Assembly: GCA_964388035.1 (NCBI GenBank)
Contig: CAYLZE010000003.1
Location: 56,521 to 120,520, forward strand
Source: an uncultured archaeon
GTDB taxonomy: Archaea > Asgardarchaeota > Lokiarchaeia > Sigyniarchaeales > SOKP01
DNA: 64,000 nt
Reading direction: 5' to 3'
Shown here: one piece after another, positions 18,464-28,343 of the stretch
Numbering within the stretch: position 1 is the stretch's first letter
Layout: each line of letters begins with the position of its first letter
The notes under the pieces: generated by a model
Seen by the model: only the letters and a program-made list of their open reading frames with translations
Told to the model about the DNA's origin: nothing
Databases searched by the model: none
Made by a program: the position numbers and the translations under genes

Positions 18464-19153
18464 TCAATTATTTCCTTTATAAGGGTTCTGTTTCAACTTT
18501 TTATTTGTTCCGTATTTCCTGGCTTGTAATTTCCAGCCAAAATCACCTATAAGCTTGTAAATTGTTGGAGCTATTATTGATTTCCCCGCATAATCAATAG
18601 CTTCTTTAGAAATAATCTTTCCCTGAGCAAGATTTAAAGCTGCAAGTTCAAGACCTCTAATAATATTTCTTGCCATCCCCTTAATTCTCTCTAGAGGACG
18701 TCCACTCAATGCGCCACCTCCACCAATTGCTAATCCGCCTCGCCAAGTTAGACCTACTTGTTTAGCAAATAATTCACATATTTTCAAGGCGGTATTGTTT
18801 TGTAAGGATTCTGGAAATCCACTATTTATAATCGCACAAAATCCTTTTCCCCGAAAGCGAGCTTTAATATTAAGATCTTGATCATAAATTAATTCAAAAG
18901 TCTTTATAACCAAAGCAGGTAAACTATCTACATATAAGGGAGAAGAAAGAATTATTAAATCTGACTCTAAAATTTTAGAAATTAATAAATCTTGATTTTG
19001 CTTTCTAAAAGTCATTCGATACACATATTCTTTTTCGCTAGTAAATCCCTGTTGTTCTAATTCAGAAAGCATAAAATTTCCAAGCGATTCTGAAGTACTT
19101 TTTTCCAACCGTGGACTTCCTACGAGTAATAAAACTTTTTTAGGAATTTTCAA
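18464..19153 (-). CDS. NAD(P)H-dependent FMN reductase / flavodoxin-fold protein
   Basis: LVGSPR..STS, SSPLYVDSLP, NSGFPE. Confidence 0.85.
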   Translation of the reverse strand: MKIPKKVLLLVGSPRLEKSTSESLGNFMLSELEQQGFTSEKEYVYRMTFRKQNQDLLISKILESDLIILSSPLYVDSLPALVIKTFELIYDQDLNIKARFRGKGFCAIINSGFPESLQNNTALKICELFAKQVGLTWRGGLAIGGGGALSGRPLERIKGMARNIIRGLELAALNLAQGKIISKEAIDYAGKSIIAPTIYKLIGDFGWKLQARKYGTNKKLKQNPYKGNN

Positions 19154-19727
19154 TTAGCACCTCTATTTGATTTAAAATATCATTAAAATTCTTTATGATG
19201 AAATCCATAGCTTGTCCTTTAACAAATATTAGGACTTCATGAATAGGAGCTAACATGTTTATTGAATTTCGATATATTAATTCTTTGAAAACCGCTTCTT
19301 GTTCTTTATCAGGTTCCGTTAAAAAGCCCATAACTATGATAGAGGCTCGTTTTTCATATCTCTGTTTATGATGGACTTCACCCTTAATTTTCTTAAAGAA
19401 GGGAAGGATGTTGGGAATGAATCTATCCATTACCTTTTTCATTTCTGAAGAATAACCTCCGAAGGTTATCTCTGTCAAATGGATAATTAGATCACTTTGA
19501 ACCATATATTTGGCAATATCTCGCCCTTCATCGTGAATTTTACATTCTCCAGGAGTTTTCAACCAGCAATCAAAACAGCCTTGACAAGGAGCCACTTTCT
19601 TTTCTCGGAGCAAATTGGAATTAACATTCCAATTATTACTTTCAAGGACATTGATAATATTAGAATAAATCGCGTTAATCTCGGCATCTTCTTTTCTGGT
19701 TCCATTCAAAATTAAAGCATTTTTCAT
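19140..19727 (-). CDS. iron-sulfur flavoprotein-like flavodoxin family protein
   Basis: PCQGCFDCWLKTPGEC..D, ITFGGYSS.MK..DR; overlaps downstream gene. Confidence 0.85.
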   Translation of the reverse strand: MKNALILNGTRKEDAEINAIYSNIINVLESNNWNVNSNLLREKKVAPCQGCFDCWLKTPGECKIHDEGRDIAKYMVQSDLIIHLTEITFGGYSSEMKKVMDRFIPNILPFFKKIKGEVHHKQRYEKRASIIVMGFLTEPDKEQEAVFKELIYRNSINMLAPIHEVLIFVKGQAMDFIIKNFNDILNQIEVLIENS

Positions 19728-19760
19728 AATTTTTTTTTCACACAATTTGATTAGATTTAT

Positions 19761-20258
19761 TCATTGGTTAGATATACGAGGAATCCATTTAGGAACTTTC
19801 TTTTTATGTATTAAATACTCCTCCCCAAAAAGAGTTTCTAATATTTTTTCTTCAAAATTAACCATTTTATTATAAATAAGGAAAACGATTACAAAAATAG
19901 CAATGCTTATCAGTGAAATCGAAAGACAAATCAAGGAAATATAAATCAAGAGAAAACCAAGATACATGGGATTTCTAATATGGGCGAGAATCCCTTCATT
20001 AATTAGAGTCTTTGGAGCTTCGTGGTTTTTAAATAATGTTTTATGGGATAAATAAATTAAGATAAAAGCTAAAATCAAGAACATAGAAAATATAATTATC
20101 CGTATTAGGAATGGAACAAAATCATTTAAAAAAATCGAGATTTTAAAAAATTGAGTATCTAAAAACCATGTTATAACAAATACAATGGGAAGAAGTGCAT
20201 GCAAAAAATGAGAATTCTTCATTTCCCTTTCTTTATCAGACAAGTGAATTGAGGCCAT
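19761..20258 (-). CDS. ICMT/PEMT-family membrane methyltransferase
   Basis: HIRNPMYLG, EEKILETLFGEEY..HKKKVPKWIP. Confidence 0.85.
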   Translation of the reverse strand: MASIHLSDKEREMKNSHFLHALLPIVFVITWFLDTQFFKISIFLNDFVPFLIRIIIFSMFLILAFILIYLSHKTLFKNHEAPKTLINEGILAHIRNPMYLGFLLIYISLICLSISLISIAIFVIVFLIYNKMVNFEEKILETLFGEEYLIHKKKVPKWIPRISNQ

Positions 20259-20537
20259 TTTAATTTCACCCTATATTTACCTAATGAATTTATTATAAGC
20301 AATTAATAAAAAATATTAATAATTATTTGTTTTTTTAAAAACTCTCCATAAAATGTTGAATTGATTCTCTGAAATAATTTAACCAATTAACTAATATGAG
20401 ATAGTGCGTTTTTAAAATTAAAAAAGAATTGTAGTCCAATATTTACATGTCAAATTAATAGCATTGATATTTTCATAAGAGAATTCAGAGCCTAATTTTA
20501 AAAAAGCTAAAAAGAATTAAAAATCGAAAAGTAATAC

Positions 20538-20846
20538 TTAGAAATTCCATAAATACTTCTTCAAATTAATAGAATTATCTCTATTAAAAATTATTCCTTC
20601 TTTTTCTAAAAGATTCTTTTGTAACTCTCCGCCTCTATTTGGAGGTAGGGAAATTTTTCCTTTACTATTTATAACTCTATGCCAAGGCAATACATCTTTT
20701 CTAGAGCTCGAATGTAAAATCCAAGCAACTTGACGTGCTGCCCTTGAATTGCCAGCAAGCTTGGCAATTTGGCCATAAGTTGCAATCTTTCCCCTGGGAA
20801 TTTGCTTAATAACTTGTTTTACTTGAGATGTAAAAGAAGCCATCAT
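20538..20846 (-). CDS. alkyltransferase-like (ATL) O6-alkylguanine-binding protein
   Basis: IPRGKIATYGQIA, ARQV, PWHRVINS (Trp in place of the MGMT Cys). Confidence 0.92.
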   Translation of the reverse strand: MMASFTSQVKQVIKQIPRGKIATYGQIAKLAGNSRAARQVAWILHSSSRKDVLPWHRVINSKGKISLPPNRGGELQKNLLEKEGIIFNRDNSINLKKYLWNF

Positions 20847-20926
20847 AATATTAACCCATAGAGATTAGTTGCTTGATTTAATACGATAATTTCTCCAAAA
20901 ATAAAACATTTTGTATTAATTATATA

Positions 20927-21448
20927 TTAGATTCCTTCTAACTTATTGATTTTTTGAATAATTTCTCTCGCAATTTGATCGGGAGATTTATTATAGCAAG
21001 AGATTTTAACATGGGCATATTTATTATAGAGAGGAACACGTTCATTATATAAGCATTTTATGTTTTTTGATTTTAAACCAACAATTCCTCTTGATTCTTT
21101 GTTGTCTAAGCGCTCTTCTAATTCTTTCAAGGGTACATCCAAGAAGACAATGTAGGAATCTTTTTTTAGAGCATTCATTATTTTTTCTGAATAAATGATA
21201 CTCCCTCCTGGTGCTAGAACGTGTTTAGTTAAAGGCAATAGTTCAAAAATTCTTTTTTCTTCCATGGAACAAAAATTAATATCCCCTAACTCATTTATTA
21301 ATTGCTGTAGTTTCTTATTTTCCTTGTTTTCAATGTATTGATCCGTATCAATAAAAGTATAATTATAATGTTGAGCGACTAACTTGCCAATTGTAGATTT
21401 TCCCGACGAGGGCATTCCAATTAAGAGAATATTATCCTTTTTTAACAT
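20927..21448 (-). CDS. aroK: shikimate kinase (AroK-type)
   Basis: GMPSSGKSTIG, DTD, GG.I, R.PLY. Confidence 0.88.
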   Translation of the reverse strand: MLKKDNILLIGMPSSGKSTIGKLVAQHYNYTFIDTDQYIENKENKKLQQLINELGDINFCSMEEKRIFELLPLTKHVLAPGGSIIYSEKIMNALKKDSYIVFLDVPLKELEERLDNKESRGIVGLKSKNIKCLYNERVPLYNKYAHVKISCYNKSPDQIAREIIQKINKLEGI

Positions 21449-21574
21449 TGTGAAGTATCTTAATATATCTCAATTTTTTAGCTTGAATAATTATAAAAAT
21501 GAAAAATTCAGTTTAGTTTTTTCCTAATTATCTAAAATAATTAATTTGATCTTCCTAAGCACGTGTTAGATTTC

Positions 21575-22084
21575 TTACCATCGAGATTTTTCAATTAATT
21601 CTACTAATTTTGATTTTAAATCTTCAATCCCTTCTCCCGTTTTAGCAGAAGTTTTTAGCCATTGAACGGGACGTTCTTTAATCAGAGGCAATTTTAACGT
21701 TCCTCGAGCTTTAACATAATTTGCCTGAGCATCTTCCAAGTCCATTTTATGAAAACATACCATCAAAGGAATACCACGAGTATTCAAGTTATTTACAACG
21801 TTATCTAACTCCTTCTTTGCTTCATCAAATCGAATTGCATCAGAAGTATCTAAAACAAACAAGAAAATTGAAGTTCCTGGAAAACCTGAGGACCAACTAT
21901 CTCTATATGATTTTTGTCCTGGAGCATCCCATACTACACATTCAATAGATTTAATTATCATTTGGTCAATATTAAACGCTCTTGTTGCTTCTGGATTTTC
22001 CAAAAAGCTATCATCCTTAATATACTTGCATAAAGTGGTTTTTCCTGCATTTTCAAGTCCAAATAAAAATATTTTATCATCCAT
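21575..22084 (-). CDS. Arf-like small GTPase
   Basis: G1 GLENAGKTT, G2 T, G3 WDAPGQ, G4 HKMD, G5 TSAK. Confidence 0.92.
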   Translation of the reverse strand: MDDKIFLFGLENAGKTTLCKYIKDDSFLENPEATRAFNIDQMIIKSIECVVWDAPGQKSYRDSWSSGFPGTSIFLFVLDTSDAIRFDEAKKELDNVVNNLNTRGIPLMVCFHKMDLEDAQANYVKARGTLKLPLIKERPVQWLKTSAKTGEGIEDLKSKLVELIEKSRW

Positions 22085-22308
22085 TTTTAATCTCGATTAA
22101 TTTTATTTTTTATATCTTAATAAATTGAACTTAATAATATAAAAGAACCATGCATGATAATTATGAAGTACTGATTTTACTCTTGAGCGGGCGTTATTCC
22201 CGACTTTTAATTAATTTCCTTGGAAAAAAATGGTTTAAGTCGTTAAAAAAAAGAATATAAATTGAAAAGAGTTATTAACAATAAAGAAATGAAAAACTTT
22301 TTTTAACG

Positions 22309-22752
22309 ATGAATGAAAAGTCATTAAATAATAGCAAAATCATTAAAATCTTTACTGATGGTGCGGCTCGGGGTAATCCAGGACCCGCAGCGAGTAGTTT
22401 TATTATAGTTGAAGATCGTGATATTATAAAAAAAGGTAGTGAATTCATTGGAACGGCAACTAACAATATCGCAGAATATAAAGCCATTATTTTAGCATTA
22501 AAATCTGCAAAAAAATTCATTAAAAATCCCATTCAAGTATATTCAGACAGCAATCTTGCGATCCAGCAAATCAATGGAAATTGGAAAATTAATGTTCCTC
22601 ACCTCTTAGAACTTCATAAGACCGTAATCGGATTAGTGAAGGATTACAAAAAAGTTGAATTCATCCATGTTAATCGTGAGAATAAGTATATTCAAAAATG
22701 TGATAAAGCGTGTAATATTATATTAAACAAAAAAGCTGCTTCCCTTAAGTAA
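22309..22752 (+). CDS. rnhA: ribonuclease HI
   Basis: FTDGAARGNPG, ATNNIAEY, SDSNL, HVNRE.....D. Confidence 0.92.
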   Translation: MNEKSLNNSKIIKIFTDGAARGNPGPAASSFIIVEDRDIIKKGSEFIGTATNNIAEYKAIILALKSAKKFIKNPIQVYSDSNLAIQQINGNWKINVPHLLELHKTVIGLVKDYKKVEFIHVNRENKYIQKCDKACNIILNKKAASLK

Positions 22753-22801
22753 TTCAAGCAACACGCTTCATTTATTGTTTAAAAAAATGGATTTATGAAG
22801 A

Positions 22802-24049
22802 TCAATAATATTCTTTATTAAATTCTTCAATAGCTTCAAACATGGCAACGATGTTCTGGGGAGGGACATCCGGTAATATATTATGAATTGTATTCCACAC
22901 ATATCCTCCACCAGGAGCAAAAATTTCTAATAACTCTTTCACGTGCTTCTTAACATCATTGGGAGATTTTATTGGTAATACATTTCGAGTATCAACACCA
23001 CCACCCCAAAAAGTTAAATCATCACCATAATTTTCTTTTAAAAACTTTGGATCCATATTTTTTGCATTAATTTGAACGGGGTTTAAAATATCGATTCCCA
23101 CTTCGATTAAATCGGGAATCAGAGGTGTTATAGAGCCACAACTATGCAAAAATATTTTCACATTTGATTTTTTTTTAATATAATCACAAACTTCTTCGAG
23201 ACGGGGTTTAAAAAACTTTCGGAATAATCGAGGACTAAAAATGGGCCCTTTATTTTCCCCATAATCATCTCCAATAGTAATTACATCTATTAGATTATCT
23301 AGTGATTTTAAAGATAGGAAAAGAGAAGTCAATTGAAACTCTAATAATACATCTAGAAATTTTTCAAATTTCTGAGGGTGTCGTATCATGTATACTAATA
23401 CTTTATCCATTGGTTTTAAAGATGTACCAAATTGAAAAAAGCTCACGCTGGATGAAAAAACTAAAGCTTTGTCGGTCAACTTTTTTAATTCCGTGACTTC
23501 TCGCCTTAATGTTTTCCAAAATCCTTTTTCGGATAAATGGTCAAATGGAGGAGGGGCTAAATCCAATCCGTTTCTTGATAATGCTTTAAATAATTCATTT
23601 ATATCTTGGGGAAGATCGTCATGTTCACATGGGAAGAAAGTTTGATCGATAACTAATGCTGCTTTGGACATTGATGCCAATTTCGTACCATCTGGGTGGA
23701 ATACATCAATAGAACCATCTTCATTGAATTGAGGCTTGAATCCTTTAGGAAATTGAGCAGGAATTCCGTTAACCGATACATCATACCAATCCTCATTACT
23801 TGTGTTGAATACACGTCCAATATCCATGGTATCAACGTGAAAGTAATTTAATATAGATTCTTCTGGATAAGCTAATTGTTGCATTACATCATATATACGT
23901 GCATGCCCACCCTTCATGTTTAAATATTTCTTTAAATTATGGTATGCAATTGCAGAAATCCCTGTTTGAGGGGTAGAGCCAAGGTCAATTGGTACTCTAT
24001 CGGGCTCCTCGTGGTTAATACTTTTTAATATTCTTTCTCGGGAATTCAT
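22802..24049 (-). CDS. URO-D / MtaA-like methyltransferase family protein
   Basis: MNSRER..HEEPDRVPID, GDDYG, LHSCG, LNPVQ, FWGGGVD, HNILPDVP. Confidence 0.88.
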   Translation of the reverse strand: MNSRERILKSINHEEPDRVPIDLGSTPQTGISAIAYHNLKKYLNMKGGHARIYDVMQQLAYPEESILNYFHVDTMDIGRVFNTSNEDWYDVSVNGIPAQFPKGFKPQFNEDGSIDVFHPDGTKLASMSKAALVIDQTFFPCEHDDLPQDINELFKALSRNGLDLAPPPFDHLSEKGFWKTLRREVTELKKLTDKALVFSSSVSFFQFGTSLKPMDKVLVYMIRHPQKFEKFLDVLLEFQLTSLFLSLKSLDNLIDVITIGDDYGENKGPIFSPRLFRKFFKPRLEEVCDYIKKKSNVKIFLHSCGSITPLIPDLIEVGIDILNPVQINAKNMDPKFLKENYGDDLTFWGGGVDTRNVLPIKSPNDVKKHVKELLEIFAPGGGYVWNTIHNILPDVPPQNIVAMFEAIEEFNKEYY

Positions 24050-24254
24050 AATTATTAACTCATAATTTCAAAAAGTTTACTCCTTTTTTTTATTTTTTGT
24101 AGTTTTGTATAAATAGCTTTATACCTCCATATCTTATTTACATTATAAGTGTTTTTAAAAGATTACGTATCGATATTTTTTAGATGAAATTATAGATGTT
24201 TTTCAACATTTACTTTCTTTATTGTTCAAGAATTCTTCTAATACGATAAGAAAT

Positions 24255-25145
24255 TTAAATATCAAATGGAATTATATTCAAATCATTTAATAGCTTTTGA
24301 AGTTTTTTGTTGATGAATTGGCGTTCGTCGGTTTGCCATGGATGGAAGGAAGGTTTCAAGAATGACTTAAGCTTAAAAACAAGCCCTTTTATTATTCCTT
24401 CCTTTCCTATAAGATATTTTAGAAATTTCATGCGATGGTGATTGTCCCATTTCCCATCTCTCCTCATCAAGTAGCGGAATCGTATAAAAATACCGTACAT
24501 TAAATCTATAGTTATAAAAAGAAAACCAAGCATCCGTCCAAAGTAATTTCCAGAAAGATTTTGATAAAGATCAAAGCAGACACTCTTATGCTCCAATTCT
24601 TCCATGGCATGATAAAGAAGAAGCCCCCGAAAAGGCTGTATTGAATTAATGAGGAATTCTCGTTGAATGTGAGTAAAAAAAAAGGCCAGAGAAGCAGTAT
24701 AGTGTTCAGCAGCTGCAGTTATCGCTAGTCGAAATGTTGCAGGTACATATTTTTTAAAACGGGTGCGAAAGCGTTTTATATTATGATCATATTTTTCCAT
24801 GTCCTTATATCCAATATCAACAAGGGCCTTGGTCCATAATGAATGCTGGTGGCTATGGCGAGCCTCTTGCCTAATAAAAAGATCCATGTCTCTTTTAAGT
24901 TGTCGATCAAGCTTTTTCTTCTGAATAATCTGACTAGCCCCATCAAGGGCAGCTTGAATAAAGAATTTTTCTCCCTCTGGAAATGTTGCCTGTAGTGCAT
25001 TAAAAAAATGAGTGATGATAGGATCTGTATCATACCAAATTTTATTTTTTTTTAATGGGTCTTGATACGTATAATCAACAGGACGTACTATAATATGCAA
25101 ATTATTAGGTCTTAGAGATTTACTTTTGGCCATTTTAACATCCAT
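24255..25145 (-). CDS. predicted metal-dependent hydrolase (ferritin-like di-metal protein)
   Basis: FPEGEKFF, QEARHSHQH, EHYTA, HAMEELEHKSV, PSFHPW. Confidence 0.85.
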   Translation of the reverse strand: MDVKMAKSKSLRPNNLHIIVRPVDYTYQDPLKKNKIWYDTDPIITHFFNALQATFPEGEKFFIQAALDGASQIIQKKKLDRQLKRDMDLFIRQEARHSHQHSLWTKALVDIGYKDMEKYDHNIKRFRTRFKKYVPATFRLAITAAAEHYTASLAFFFTHIQREFLINSIQPFRGLLLYHAMEELEHKSVCFDLYQNLSGNYFGRMLGFLFITIDLMYGIFIRFRYLMRRDGKWDNHHRMKFLKYLIGKEGIIKGLVFKLKSFLKPSFHPWQTDERQFINKKLQKLLNDLNIIPFDI

Positions 25146-25829
25146 CTTTTTACGTTAGAAACAATTTGATGTTCTTAAACTAATCAAAAATGCGTTCGGA
25201 ATCGTTTTTATTCTTTTAAAAGATATTTACAATAAATTTGAAGAAAAAAGGATATTTAAGTTGTTTTCTAATAAATTATTATTTACAAACAGGAGTATTA
25301 GGAGAATATTAAAACATAAAAGAAAAACAATGGTTTAATATTCTTCAATAAACTTATTCTTATTTGTTAAAGCAAGAGATATGATAAAAAAAACTTGATT
25401 CCAAGTTTAAAAATTATGATTAATAATTTGAGATTTTTGAGCAAAAATGAGCTTGGAAGAAGTGTTTTTTTTCAAATATGTAAACTACTACATAATTAAT
25501 AAATTTCCTAGTTTTTTTTTAAGATGACGTCTTAAAATCTAATTAGAATCCGCACCTTTTAAGAATTTAAAAAATCTTTCTCTTGTTCATGAGTTGTGAA
25601 AAATTTAGCTACGGTGCAGTTTTCTGAAAATCAATTGTTTACTTGATTTATTTATATTTTATAACAATCCAATAAAAAATCCGATTTAGATTGAATTAAA
25701 ATTCAACTACTTGCTCTTTAAAATATAAGCATTAGATATATGATTCCAAGTGTTTATTTAAAATATAGAAATTAATTTTATAAAAAAACACGTGAAATTA
25801 GAATTTAAATATAAAGAGAGGTTTATAAA

Positions 25830-26078
25830 ATGACTGAAAATGAAGAACTGGAGTTTGATGAAGAATTAGATACACGAGGTTTATTTTGCCCAGAACCTTT
25901 GTTTGAGGTGCGAAATCTTTCTGAAACTCTTGAAGTAGGACAATGTCTCAAGGTCTTAGCTGATGATCCCGCTGCGGAAGAAGATTTTAAAAGATGGGCG
26001 AAAAGAACAGATACTGAAATTATGAAATTTATAAAAGAAGGAGACGATCTAGTCTTTTACTTTAAGAAGAGAAAGTAA
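25830..26078 (+). CDS. tusA: TusA/SirA sulfur carrier
   Basis: LDTRGLFCPEP, VLADDPAA. Confidence 0.9.
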   Translation: MTENEELEFDEELDTRGLFCPEPLFEVRNLSETLEVGQCLKVLADDPAAEEDFKRWAKRTDTEIMKFIKEGDDLVFYFKKRK

Positions 26079-26177
26079 TTACGGTGAAAAAATAATGAAA
26101 ATTATGACAAGCTTTTTAAAATTTGTTTATTCCATCCATTTCTTAGATCGATATATTTTAAAGGGTGAATAATAAAG

Positions 26178-27371
26178 ATGAATGTCTATTTAGATTATCA
26201 AGCAGCAAAACCCGTGGATGAAAGGGTTTTGAATGAAATGTTGCCTTTTTTCAGAGAAACATACGCTAATCCAGCGAGTCTGCATTGTGAAGGGGATATA
26301 GCAACTACTGCTTTAGACAATGCAAGAAAAAAGGTGGCTTCTTTCATTAATGCTCCAGATCCTGAAAGCATTATCTTTACTTCTGGGGCTACTGAATCAA
26401 ATAATCTTGCATTAATTGGTGGAGCATTAAGAAATAAAAGAAAAGGAAATCATATCATCATTTCAGAAATAGAACATATTTCGATCTTAAATATTGCTAA
26501 ATATTTAGAAAAAGAAGGTTTTAGGATAAGCAAAGTACCAGTAGATCAATATGGAATTGTAAAACTTGAAAAATTAAAGCAATTAATTACGAATGATACA
26601 ATTTTAATCTCAGTAGCAGGGGCTAGTAATGAAGTGGGTTCTTTGCAACCCATAAAAGAAATTAGCGAAATTGCTTCTGAGAAGAAAATTCTATTTCATT
26701 CGGATGCTTTAGCTCTAGAACCAACAGTTCCAATTGATGTACAGAAAGTTCCTTTCGACTTACTAACTCTTTCTTCTAATGATATTTATGGACCGAGAGG
26801 AGTAGGTGCATTATATTTAAAAAAAGGCCAGAGGGTGAATCCTGTATTGATTGGAGGAGGACAAGAAGAGGGGATGAGATCGGGTTCCCATGATATGCCG
26901 GGGATAGTAGGATTTGGTAAAGCTGCTGAAATCATGACGAAAGAAATTGATGGCGAGGCGAGACATTTGAAAGGTTTCAGAGATCAACTAATTGATGGCG
27001 TTTTAAAAGGTATACCCAATTCGCATCTTAATGGGCATCCAGAAAAAAGAGTACCGCATAATGCACATTTCAGATTTGATTTTATAGAAGGAGAGTCATT
27101 AATATTAGGATTAAAGGATGAATTTGTCGCAGCAGCCACTGGGTCGGCTTGTTCCTCAAAGACACTCGAACCTTCCCACACGCTAATTGCAATGGGATTA
27201 TTGCATGAAGAGGCTCATGGCAGTTTAGAACTTACTCTGGGCCGATATACGGAACAATCTGATATTGATAAATTAATAAGAGTATTACCAGGAATTGTAA
27301 AAAGATTACGAATCCTCTCGCCTCTCACCCCCCCTGATTTATTAAAATATTATAATGAGGTGAAAAAATAA
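26178..27371 (+). CDS. iscS: IscS/NifS-family protein (PLP Lys replaced by Asp)
   Basis: YLDYQA, FTSGATESNN, EH.SI, SSNDIYGPRGVG, GGGQE, GSACSS. Confidence 0.92.
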   Translation: MNVYLDYQAAKPVDERVLNEMLPFFRETYANPASLHCEGDIATTALDNARKKVASFINAPDPESIIFTSGATESNNLALIGGALRNKRKGNHIIISEIEHISILNIAKYLEKEGFRISKVPVDQYGIVKLEKLKQLITNDTILISVAGASNEVGSLQPIKEISEIASEKKILFHSDALALEPTVPIDVQKVPFDLLTLSSNDIYGPRGVGALYLKKGQRVNPVLIGGGQEEGMRSGSHDMPGIVGFGKAAEIMTKEIDGEARHLKGFRDQLIDGVLKGIPNSHLNGHPEKRVPHNAHFRFDFIEGESLILGLKDEFVAAATGSACSSKTLEPSHTLIAMGLLHEEAHGSLELTLGRYTEQSDIDKLIRVLPGIVKRLRILSPLTPPDLLKYYNEVKK

Positions 27372-27373
27372 GT

Positions 27374-28174
27374 ATGAATATGAAATCTACCCAATATTCG
27401 GATAAAGTAATGGAACATTTTCGGAACCCACGCAATGTTGGAGTAATAGAAAATCCCGATGGTTATGGTAAAGTAGGAAATCCAGTATGTGGGGATATCA
27501 TGGAGATGTTCATAAAAGTAGGAAAGAACGATAAAGGAGAAGACATTATTGAAGATATTAAATTTAGAACCTTTGGTTGTGGTAGCGCGGTTGCAACCTC
27601 ATCAATGACCACGGAAATGGCAATTGGAATGACTTTAGATGATGCATATAAGATAACTCGCGCGGATGTCGCAGAAGAACTCGAGGGACTACCACCGATT
27701 AAAATGCATTGTTCTAATTTAGCAGCAGATGCGTTGAAAGCAGCAATTGATAATTATCGGACAGGGAAAGAATCTACGATAGTAGCTCCCGTCTCGTGCC
27801 AAACTACCGAATTACATGTAATTTTGGGTTTGGATGAATTTCTGGGAAAAGGAGTGTATAATGAAGTAAAAAATTTAGATGAATTTAAAGACAAGCGAGT
27901 CTTGGTAGTTGATACGGGAGATGAATCTGTTAAGACTGCTGTTGAATTAACCGAACACACGGGACGTGTCATTTTAATGACATCGGGTACTAACCTTCCA
28001 GGAAACGAAGATCTACAGAAAAAATTAAAACGCTCAGACGTAAAAATTTTGTACCAATCAGAATTAATGGAAGTCCAAGGAACAAATGATATTGAAAAGG
28101 TCATCATCCATGATTTGGATGAAGATGAGCAATATGAATTATTCATAGATTCTCTGATAATATTTCAAAAATAA
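27374..28174 (+). CDS. iscU: IscU/NifU Fe-S scaffold fused to a thioredoxin-reductase-like Rossmann domain
   Basis: YSDKVMEHFRNPRNVG, CGD, FGCGSA, LPPIKMHCS, then about 120 extra residues resembling the TrxB NADPH domain. Confidence 0.9.
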   Translation: MNMKSTQYSDKVMEHFRNPRNVGVIENPDGYGKVGNPVCGDIMEMFIKVGKNDKGEDIIEDIKFRTFGCGSAVATSSMTTEMAIGMTLDDAYKITRADVAEELEGLPPIKMHCSNLAADALKAAIDNYRTGKESTIVAPVSCQTTELHVILGLDEFLGKGVYNEVKNLDEFKDKRVLVVDTGDESVKTAVELTEHTGRVILMTSGTNLPGNEDLQKKLKRSDVKILYQSELMEVQGTNDIEKVIIHDLDEDEQYELFIDSLIIFQK

Positions 28175-28343
28175 AATTGCTCATTTTTTTTCATTTTCAT
28201 GGACGAAAGAAGTATTAAATCGCTTGTATTATTTTAATTAATTATTATTTTATATTTTATTGGACTCAACTTTAAAAGATATAGCTTAAAAATATTATTA
28301 TTATTATAGCTATTATCATTGAAATTAAGATTTCTTTAAAAAA

